63,680 nucleotides of DNA, taken from assembly GCA_010093815.1 (NCBI GenBank), contig ML996577.1. One strand, 5' to 3'. Every line of letters begins with the position of its first letter. Position 1 is the stretch's first letter. The notes under the pieces were generated by a model. The model saw only the letters and a list, made by a program, of their open reading frames with translations, searched no databases and was not told the DNA's origin. Below, piece after piece: positions 1-10,235 of the stretch. The position numbers were made by a program, and so were the translations under genes. The DNA is from Pseudovirgaria hyperparasitica. Taxonomy: Eukaryota.

Positions 1-1042
1 TCGTTTGATACTGATACTGATACTGGGGCGTAGTCTCCTTGCCATAGCCAGGACATCTTTGATGCTTGCGAAGACACTTTGTACAACCGGGGAGTCCTTG
101 GTCGCACTGCAGGATCGGACGGATTAGCGTACGGTGCAGGTCTGGCCTGGTCACTTACTTTGACCTTCTTTTTCCTACAAGCAATACATGCACTGCCCGG
201 GCGCCCGGGAAGTGACATGACGCAGGATTGACCGTGTGTCTATCCAGTGAACAGAAATTAGTTAGTTGTGACAAGATGTAAATAAGTCGAGGATGCATTG
301 GGATAGATAGAGCGTAAGAGCATTCTCAAGAGTCGCGGCCATAATGCATCCATAGTTGCAGAGACAGAGATACCATTAATTACGATACAGACCTCGGAGT
401 CTGGATCCGGATGATGGATAGCATCAAGGCACGTGATTGCGCAATGCGTCTTCTCGTGGTTATTGTTTTGGAAATAACATGATGATGCCTTTTGAGGTAC
501 AGTATGACGATGTTCTCATCAATCATCCACACTTTTCTGCGGTGTCTGTGCCTTCTTAACCGAAACTGGCCGTCTATATTACTCTGCCTCCACTTAAGGA
601 TCATAATCAGCACCGCAGTCAGTTTGAATGGAACGCCAGTACCAAACAGGAAGGCCACTCGAAACACTTATTGTTGTTGACCGCAAACGCCCAAGCCAGC
701 TGGTAGAGGTACATTTCGAATGATATTTATTAATCGTGGCTTCGTGAATGTTAGCCAGGGTGTTTATCCAAGCCTTCTGTCTCCGATTGGCTCCGTTCCG
801 CTTCCGTGACGCGCACTGTTGCTATTGCTCTTCTACCTATGCCAACTACCGTGGCGGCGGCGATTGAGGGACTGAGATGTCCGAGGGCGTCTAACCCTAT
901 GATGGATAGTCTACTGCGGATGCTACCAGAGTACCTGGTCATAGTCTTTAGATACCTACCACAAGCAGTCAAGATTGGCGTCTGAGTCCCCTGCCGGCGA
1001 TAGACGATCAATTGAGCAAGCAGAAGCTCAGCTGCGGCGTTG

Positions 1043-1050
1043 TATATAAA
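1043..1050 (+). promoter_or_regulatory. Candidate TATA box of the S41 peptidase gene
   Basis: TATATAAA ending about 64 nt upstream of the ATG at 1114. Confidence 0.4.
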
Positions 1051-1113
1051 CGACCGTTGTAGCCAGTCTGCGAGCATGTATCTTATCGCAGTGATAGCTC
1101 GTTCTATGCAGCG

Positions 1114-1491
1114 ATGATGCTTCTCGAGAACCTCCTCACGGCCTCGACGTTGGTAGGCCTCGTCTTTGCAGCTCCCACAACTCCAACTCGCAACAACGGC
1201 TCCCCTTGTGCTGCCGTGAGTTCTGCTGTCGCTGCTCAGCCAGGCGTAGCGACTCCTACTGTCGGCGCAGAGCTGGCTTATGAGTGCATCAACAGCGTGC
1301 CACTCAACAAGACGGCTGCCCTGAACCTGATCCAGGCCGTCAAGCCGTACTTTCGCTGGCAGAGCACGACCAGTTGGCTCAAGGACCCGCCGGCTGAGTA
1401 CGTCGCAAAGGTCCAGGAGCCTGTCGACATCTTTGGAGAGCTCGACGTGATTGAGGAGAATGTGAAGAGCAAGTGGACGAAGGAGTACGAG
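1114..1491 (+). CDS. Secreted peptidase S41 family (CPAF-like) protein, exon 1; the gene continues at 20651
   Basis: Signal-peptide-like N-terminus followed by PCAAVS, LAYECINSVP and WQSTTSWLKDPP, typical of fungal S41-family proteins. 126 codons end at KEYE, followed by a GTGAGT donor at 1492. Confidence 0.85.
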
Positions 1492-1734
1492 GTGAGTGCC
1501 CTTTGCTTTCTACTGTATATCAGTCTTCTTCGTCTTCTTCTTCTTGTCCAGCCGTTGGAATTAGGCTCTTTGTTTGGTGGGAACAGCCTGCCTTGCTGTA
1601 CAAAACACGGGCCTGAAGGCGCCACTTCCGGGGGGCTTTGTCTTGGCCGATACGCCCCAAATCTGCGAATCTTCCCGCCAATCTTCCCGCCAAAGATCTG
1701 CCAACTCACACGCAATCTCTCGCTAATCAGGAAT

Positions 1735-1833
1735 CCGTTTGTCCATAGTTACATGGGAAAGCTTGGCGCCCGATGCACGTCTGTGCCACTAACACGCGTT
1801 TTTATATATAATTAATATTTTACGGCATCGTCG
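1735..1833 (+). repeat. Left terminal inverted repeat (99 bp)
   Basis: CCGTTTGTCCATAGTTACATGGGAAAGC...TACGGCATCGTCG is the reverse complement of 20535-20633 except for a C>T at 1790. Confidence 0.95.
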
Positions 1834-1931
1834 CTATACTACACGTATATAGAGTCTATAACTATATAATATAGTATATAAGAGTTAGTATATATAATAT
1901 TTAGTATTTTTAACTTACTAACGCGTATATA

Positions 1932-2590
1932 TATAGTACCCTAGGGCGTTATCTATCCCGATTCCATATATAGACGAATCAACTTCCTCCTATAATATAA
2001 TATACCTATTAATAAGATTATCACTATTACTAAAGTTAGTAAGAATAGAATATATAGGACGAGGTTTAACCTTAAGATATATAGATAGAGGAATAAACCG
2101 CAGTTAACACATCATAGTCCACCTCATTAACTAAGTAATTATATAATACGATAACTACTTAAGAGACTACTTTATAAGAGCTAGCTATACCTTAATAAGA
2201 TAGCTAGATAGATATATAAAGAGTTTAATCTTACTATATCTAAATAGCTTCTATCTAAAGAGTTATCTAAGTAAGAGTAGAATCGTAAGCTATTAAAACG
2301 TATTAGTAGTACGCGCTTAGAGATAGTATATACTTTATACCTTAAGGATATCGCGGAGCTACTAGTAGACTCGTATATCTTCTTAGATAAGGTTATTTTT
2401 AATAAAAAAATTAGATAGAGACGTTAAGCTAGAGTACTAAAAGAATAGACTCTAACTAAGATTAGTACTCTTAATCGAGAATCTACGTATAGCGTATATA
2501 GAGCTATTATAGCTAATGGTTTTATCTACTATTAGATAAAGGAAGGTTATTTCTTAACGGATAAGTTCTATACCTAGCTATAAGTATATC
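1932..2590 (+). pseudogene. DDE transposase, 5' part (RIP-degraded)
   Basis: TTC TTA GAT AAG GTT ATT TTT AAT at 2380 reads FLD(E)VIFN, carrying the first catalytic Asp. Many TAA/TAG stops of RIP type. Start is approximate. Confidence 0.75.
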
Positions 2591-2818
2591 TATAAGAATA
2601 GGGTTATTGGATAGTAGTATAGTTAGATAGAACAATAGGGTGTATTCTATTATAGAACAAATTACTACCGAACCCTTTTGGTAGGAATCCGAGAGTATAT
2701 ATATAAAGGGACGCCGATCTATCTAGCACGTGACTATTTACCGCCCTTTACGTCACCTCCTATCCCTATTAGCTAAGGTACGTATAGGTCGGGTCCTATC
2801 TAAGGCTAAGTCCTAATA
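2591..2818 (-). repeat. 3' LTR of element A (228 bp)
   Basis: Direct repeat of 9746-9954 + 17971-17989. The differences seen are C/T and G/A transitions, and the TG..CA termini are mutated to TA..TA. Confidence 0.95.
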
Positions 2819-3302
2819 ATTATCCCTTCCCTCTAGGAAGCTACCCTTAGCGACCTAGATTATTATCTATCCCTATATCTCTATCCTAAGTCTCGTAAGA
2901 CCTTAGTCGTTCTCTACGCTTTATCTTAGATACTTACCGATATTCGCCGATCTAAGATTTATATAAGCGTTTTCCTAATAAACTAAATTTTATCTATCTT
3001 AACTTCTTATATAGGTGAGATTACCTAATTAGGCCTAGCGTATCACGTGATATAATTAGATAAGCCTAGATACTATCTATATTAAAATCTTTTCTTAGAA
3101 ATATTCCTTTCTTTAAAAAACTTCTTAACTCTTTATAGAGTTTTTTAGATTATTAGGTATATTACCCGATCCTTATAGATATAGATTTATATAGATTTAC
3201 TATAATTTAGTGCGATTTACGTAATTTACTAATTTTCGTACCGTCCTTAGCTAGTAATAATATAATTCGTAATAATCCGTATAAATTAATAATAATCTTA
3301 AT

Positions 3303-4284
3303 ATGGTTTCCCGAAATCTTAATACTCTAAAGTAATTAGTACGGAAATAGGCGCCTTCGAATAATCCCTATCTCGTATACGTTACCGATATATTAAAAGC
3401 TATTAATCTATCCTAACCTAGGCCGGGCTCTAATAATCTAGCTATATATTATTATGGTTATTGCTTTCCGTTATATATTACTCATAGTAGTACTAAATCT
3501 ATAATATATAGCACTTACATGACTAAGAAGCGTTATTACTTATAGGTATTTAAGTAAGTTTAAAGAACTTTACGTAGATTTACTTATATTAGTATAGATT
3601 ACTACTAGGCCTCTAGTAACCCCTACTAATAAGGAGCGTAGTACTACCGATTATAACGCCTTAGAGAAGGCTTTCTACGAGCTATATATCTAAGGTAAGG
3701 GTTACGCCTAGGAGTACGATTCTAATAAGATCTATAAGGATTTATCGGAATCTACTATAGCTATTATTACCGTGATTACTAGGTAATATCGTTTTTCTTA
3801 AATTATTATAGATTCTTACTAATATATATTAATCTCTATAATAGTACTAAAATCTCTACTACTTCGGACTTCTTTCTATATACCGGCGATATTAGAATTC
3901 CTAGAAAAGGTTCTAGTAAAAAGGCTAAGGTTCCTTCCTCGCGCATGCTAAAGAGCCGTAAATTTAGGGAAGATAGCTCTAATCTAGAAGTTTCTATACT
4001 AAAGGTATATAGTTCTATACTAATCGTTAAATCTTTTCGCTAATTTATATAATTCTTAGCGTGCCCGCGCCGGTCCGTCCCTCTCCGTCCCGGGTCCTAC
4101 CGCTCCGTAGGTTTCTATAGAGGAGTTTATAGCTATAAGGCGCGCTATATAGAATTTATAGCGTCGGAATAAAAGGCTAGAGACTTATGTTATAAAGCTC
4201 TATACTATACTAAATAAGAACTAGTGGAAGGAATTAGATGTAACTATCGCGGTAATTAGTACTTCTACTCCTACTCTAACTTAA
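3303..4284 (+). pseudogene. Spliced antisense accessory gene of element A (Cys-cluster-like N-terminus, C-terminal coiled coil), RIP-degraded
   Basis: ATG at 3303. Predicted introns 3546-3597, 3783-3844 and 4005-4059 maintain one reading frame. Internal stops are TAA/TAG, restorable to CAA/CAG/TGG. Confidence 0.6.
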
Positions 4285-4699
4285 TTAGTTTAGATCTATA
4301 CTAATCGGTACTAATATGTCTCTTTTATCTAGCGTTTTTAGTTTTTCGGTTTTAATTTTAAAGCGATCTTACTTCTTCTAGATAGATTAGTACGAGTTTA
4401 TATAGATCTATATAGATCTTTATATTTTCTTTTAGCTTTCTTAATTTTATCTTTCTTTAATAATAACTTCTTTAATCTCTTTAGTAATCTATACCGATCT
4501 ATACCGATCGGCACCGATTTTCGATGTCTATTTCTCTTAGTAAATCATTTTTCTAAGTCTTTTTTTTAGTTAAATTTTTAAAGTTCTAAGTTCGAACTTT
4601 CTAAGGAAGTTCCTTAATTCCTTAGAATATTTTAAAGATCTATGTCTCTTTTACCTTCTTCCTTTTAGACGGCCGTCCTCGGCGCTAAACTATACTAAA

Positions 4700-7600
4700 A
4701 AACGTCGAATCGCCGTACTTTGGCATAATTCTCTGCGATTCTACGGCTTCCTTTACTAATCGCTACTTATATACTAATATCGCTGCTTTGCTAATGTTTA
4801 TTATAGGTTCCCAAGTATCTTCGTTAGGATTATATCCTTTCTAATGAATTTTATATAGCTACGTGCCATCTTCGGCGCGTTACTAGCTAAGTATCTACTT
4901 AACTTCGTAGATATCTATACCTTCTTACGTAACTACTTTATATAGTATCTATTCGGAACGATCTGGTAATAATAAGGCATGAAATGGCTCGAGAAGCGTA
5001 ATATAGAATATATTATATATCTTTAACGTAGGAGGGAGTTATAACTCAAACGCCTAGTTATTAATTACACGAGTAATCTTATATAGACCTATTATCGTAT
5101 AGTTAAGCTTCTTCTTTAGCCTAATACTACGAATATTCTTGCTATTTAGTAAAACTTTATCCCTAATATTAAAGATTATAGGTTTTCTACCCTTATTATA
5201 GTGCGATTTACTATAATTCGTAGTATCTTATAGTAACTTTATAACGCTTCTTTACGTTTAGAATAGTTCTATAGTAATTTCTATTACTTTAACGTTAGGT
5301 TATTCTACTTTAAACTAAGTCCCTAAGAACTACGTATTATAGTTCTAACCAAAGTTTACTTCGAACAGACTTACGTAGGTTAACGTATATCAGCTATTAT
5401 TATACGCGAATTCCGCGATATAGACTAACCTTACCTAGTTATCCTACTTATAGTTGTAATATACGCGTAAATACGCCTCGACTATCTAATTCTACCGCTC
5501 TATCTATCTATCTATTTATAGATAGAACGTAGTACTAAGTTTCCGCTTGATTCCTAGCGTATAGTAGAAATCCTTCTAAAATTTAGACGTTATCTACGGA
5601 CCTCTATCCAAAACTATACTATTTAGTATACTATAGAGCCGGACTACGTTACGGAGTAGTATATCTATAAGATCCGGTACTTAGATCGTCTTCCTTATAG
5701 GGATGTAGTATAATATCTTTATAAATCTATCTAGAACTACGAGTAAACTATTATAAATATACCTAGAATACTTACTTAGGGGTAGATCTATAATGAAATC
5801 TATCGATAATTCCTTCTATGCCTCCTTTAGCATAGGTAATAGCCTTAATTCGCTATATAGTAAGTGTCTATATACTTTCGTATACTGGTAAACGTTATAC
5901 GTTTTTATATAGTCTTTTATATATTTATAAAGACCCAGCTAGTCGTATGTCCTTCGGATTAAATCGACCGTTCTTATAACGCCGAAGTGCTCTACTAACA
6001 CGTAATCGTACTATTCCCTTAAAACATTAATTTATAAGCCGCCTTCCGGCACGTAGAGTCGGTCTTAGAAGTAGATCGCGTCTAATTATCGTTTCTACCT
6101 TAATAACTATGGCGGATCTATAGCGCTTCCTTTTATACTTATAACTTTCTTTACTAATATATCGGAATTCTAGATAGATTTAATTAAGTCTTTAAGGGTT
6201 TTCTTAGTTTCTTAGACATTTATTTAGATTACTTAATACCCGCTCTAATTCCCGCGGAGAATCGCCGAAAGTGTCCTAGCTTCTAGTATTCTATTAGATA
6301 ACTAGTCTTATAGTATCTAAAGTATAGTATAGTCTGAATTACACCGACTATCTACGTTATTCTATGACGATTTCTTATAATCTTTACGCCGCGATAGAGG
6401 ATTAGCTTTATTCTCTCTTCTAGCTTTATATAAGATTTTAAAGTTAAATATTAATATCTACTTAGCCTAATATACTTATTAGTAATTAAGGACCTTAGTC
6501 GACATAAAGTAACGTAGATTTATATAATCTAATAATAATTCGATCTAATGTGCGGAGCCTTCTAAATAATATTGCTATTGCTTAAAACTCTCGACGATTA
6601 TAAGTAGTTCCTAGTCGTGCGTGTTATAACACGTCTCTATATCCGCCATTTTATAGGAAAAGAAAGCGACCGGGTGCTATTATACCTTATCTTTTATATC
6701 TTTATATAGTTAACTAATAATTCTAGTAATTACAAATCCTAACGCATTAGTTTCAACCTAAATATACTTCTTAGAATCAAAATACCTAAGAATCGGCGTA
6801 GTTATAAAGTAATTCTTTAACGATCGGAACGTATCTCGCGCTTCCGGCGTTAACTATATCTCGACCGACTTAGCTTTACGCTATACTCGCCTACTTATAG
6901 GGATTTTACCGCCATTCTCTATGAGTTTATTAAGCGGCGCCGTAATTTATAAGAAGCCTATAATAAATTTACGATAATAGTTCACGAAACCTATGAATAT
7001 TCTAATTTAACGTATAGTAGTAGGTTCTAGCTATTCTATAATGGTCTTTACACGCTCCGGCTCCATTTTTAGGCCGCTATATATTATAATAAAGCCAAGA
7101 AACCTAACTTCTTATTAGTAAAACTCGTATTTAGATAATTTTACGTAGAGTTTATACTGCCTTAGACGATTTAGCACCGATTTCACGTGTTCTTTATAAT
7201 TCTATATACTATCGGAGTAAATTAGTATATTATTAAGATAAACTACGTAAATCACGTTAAGTAATTCTACGAGTATAGTATTAATATATCCTTAAAACGC
7301 TCCTAGCGTATTTATTAGCCCGAATGGCATAATAGTATACTTAAAATAACTATATCTAGTCCGAAATATAGTTTTCTACTTATCTTCGTGACGAATTTAA
7401 AGTCGGTAATATATATCTTATAAATCTAGCTTTATAAAGTACTTTGCCTTCGTTAATTAGTCTAAAGATTTACTAACTAGCGGTAATAGATAACGATTCT
7501 TCTTAGTTACCGTATTTAGTGTCTAATAGTTAACGTATAGACGTAAACTTCCGTCTTTCTTCTTTATAAAGAGAATAGATACGCTAGCCGATAACGTACT

Positions 7601-9720
7601 ACGATGTATCCAGCCTCTTTTAAGGTATTCTTTAATATATTTATAAAGAACTTCGAGTTCTAGTCTCGAAAGTAGGTAAAGTAGACTATAAGGAACGTCT
7701 ACTCCCTCTTCGAGCTCGATCTTTAGCTTATACGGCCTGTGATTAGGGAGAAGTAACGTATCTCCTACCGAAAATATATCCGTATACTATGAATATACGT
7801 CGGGTAGCGTGTCTTCGCCCTAATTATTACTATTATCCTTATCTTTATCGACGATTAATAAGGACGTAAGATAGATTAGCGACGATCGGGTCCGCATGGC
7901 GAGGTTCCATGCCTCCTTACTAATAGTTACGACTTACTAGTATAATTTACTACGGTGTTATCGGAATATTAATATCTCCTTCTAAAAATTAAGGATGGGG
8001 TTTAGGCGTCTAAGCTAAGGTATCCCTAGAATCATATTCTATTAGCTAATATTAGCCACGATGAATTTATTAGATATCTACTATTTTATTATCTTCGAGT
8101 TATGAACTTCGTAATTCGTTATAGCTTTACCTAAAGTTCTAACTTCATGTCTATTAACTATAATAGTTCGGCTAACTTTACCAAGATTATACGATAATCT
8201 ATACTCCTTTATAAGAATCGATAAAATATAGTTATCTTCTATACTAGTATCCACGAGGGCCTATATAGTTTTATTACTATTTACTATAGGTAACGATACT
8301 TTTAGTAAAATTAGGTCTTTACTCGCCGGAAGGCGCTACGGCTCCTCCTAAGTATATATAATTTAGCTAAGAACGCGGTTAGGTCTTGTGTACTAGCCTA
8401 TTCTTTTTTCGGATTCTTATAGTTAGGCGAAATATATTCTATTTCTCTATACTTATAGTAATGAAGTGCGCTATAATCCTACTATTTTACGATAGGCGTT
8501 ATATTTAAGCCTATATCTTATCCTTTTCCGCGTTAAGAAGCACCGCCTCGATTATTTTAGTGTCCTCTTAACGCGTTTCTACCCCGATTTACGCTCTTCT
8601 AGCGCTAATCGCGGTAAGGTTACTCTTAATTAAACGTATTTAATCGACCTCGTTTCTAACCCGTATAGGGTTCGTCGGTTTTACCTAGAGAGCCGCGTTC
8701 CTTAAGGATGTGATAGTATTTATTAGCTTTCTCCTCTAATTCGTATAGATAGTTAAAACTTAATAATACTATTTCTAGTCTTTCGCGGATTAACGGAAGT
8801 AGTACTTCGCGAAACTAGAATATACGAATATTTTCCTATAGCGTAGAGATATTATTCTATAGGTTTTAGAGGTATTATAGTAGTTAAGTAGATGTCTAGT
8901 TCGGTCGTTATGCTACGCTTCTTAACTTAGATAGTACCTTTCTTTTACGTTCTCTATCCGTTCCGAGGGTGTTTAGTATAAATATAGCTAAATATTCCTA
9001 GGTTATCGTAGATAGTGGCTGCACTTCCTTCTATCTATCCTATTAATCGCGGGATTATAAGTCTAGGTATCATTCTCTAAACGAAATGCGTTATACTTTA
9101 GTAGAAAAGAGTAGAGGGTTATTGAGGAAGTACTTTTCGTAGTCTCTCTTCTAGTCTTTCTACTCCTTTTAGTTCTTCCCTATAAATATAGTCGGGTCTT
9201 TAGATTTTAGTATATCTAGGGAAGGAGTAGGGTAAATCGGTAACGAAGCGGCTGGGTATACGGTGGATTATCGTAACTCTAATAGTAGGTGAACTAATTC
9301 TGCCTAAATTGGTATAGGAAGTCGTCTACCTACTATCGTTCGGCGTAGTTCTTTAAGAGACTCCTTAAGTTCTCGTCTCTTTACGAGGAGTTTTGCGCGT
9401 TCTATCTATTCTTTAAGGGTTTAAATCTCTCGAGCCTAATTCGCGACGTATTCCTAAAGTTTAGCGATAGTTTATTATAATACCTCGCGTGGCTCCGCCA
9501 CGACTTATTATCCGGCTTTATATTATTAGAAGTTACTCGGCGTATCTACTATTTCTTCGTCTAAAAGCTCCGTGATTTAGTCTAATATTTCTACTTCTTA
9601 GTTAGAAACGGCCGGGATTAATACCGATTATAGAGGATCCCTATTATTTAATATAGTGTTACTTATCTCTATAGTAGATCGTGTCGACCTTCTCGGTTCT
9701 AGTTAGACTATCTTAACTAT
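4700..9720 (-). pseudogene. gag-pol of element A (RIP-degraded)
   Basis: Zinc knuckle near 8420-8460, protease ALVDT(G) near 8245-8260, RT ~7000-7700, RNase H ~6500-6800, integrase ~5300-6000, chromodomain ~4790-4920. Boundaries are approximate. Confidence 0.85.
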
Positions 9721-9745
9721 AGTACTATATAGGAAGTAATTCGAA

Positions 9746-9954
9746 TATAAGAATAGGGTTATTAGATAGTAGTATAGTTAGATAGAATAATAGGGTATAT
9801 TCTATTATAGAACGAATTACTACCGAACCCTTTCGGTAGGAATCCGAGAGTATATATATAAAGGGACGCCGATCTATCTAGTACGTGACTGTTTACCGCC
9901 CTTCACGTCACCTTCTATCCCTATTAGCTAAGGTACGTGTAGGTCGGGTCCTAC
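9746..9954 (-). repeat. 5' LTR of element A, main part (the remaining 19 bp are at 17971-17989)
   Basis: Matches 2591-2799 and is broken at CCTAC by element B. Confidence 0.95.
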
Positions 9955-10194
9955 TGTTAGGGCTGACACCAGGATGGACTCAACTAGACCACTATGGTCT
10001 AGTACGGTCCGTGACAGGTGGACCCAGGTTAAGCCAGCTAGAATAAGCGAGACCACTATATAAGTAGACCGCACATACTTAATTCCTACTCTTTAGGAAT
10101 CAACCTTATTAGGAGAGTAGACTACCCTTTTAAATATATTCCCGAATCCTCCTATGACCTATTAGACTGCTATCCTACGTCTATAATCCTTACA
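9955..10194 (+). repeat. 5' LTR of element B (240 bp)
   Basis: TG..CA termini; direct repeat of 17726-17965. Confidence 0.95.
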
Positions 10195-10235
10195 TTTTGA
10201 TTCCTCTTTATATAGCACGACGGCAGTTCATAGGA

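Noticed and set aside
1..1100. Short ORFs upstream of the peptidase
   Set aside because: No motifs or coding-like composition; treated as intergenic.
1513..1521. CTGTATATC repeated at 20663-20671 as a 9-bp Mutator-type TSD
   Set aside because: Neither copy abuts a TIR and the second lies inside exon 2; probably chance.
1114..1815. 233-aa ORF as a complete gene
   Set aside because: Family-like sequence stops at the 1492 donor; the remainder is read-through of intron and TIR.
10195..10215. tRNA primer-binding site for element B
   Set aside because: It lacks the TGG start; complementarity to the element's own LTR explains it better.
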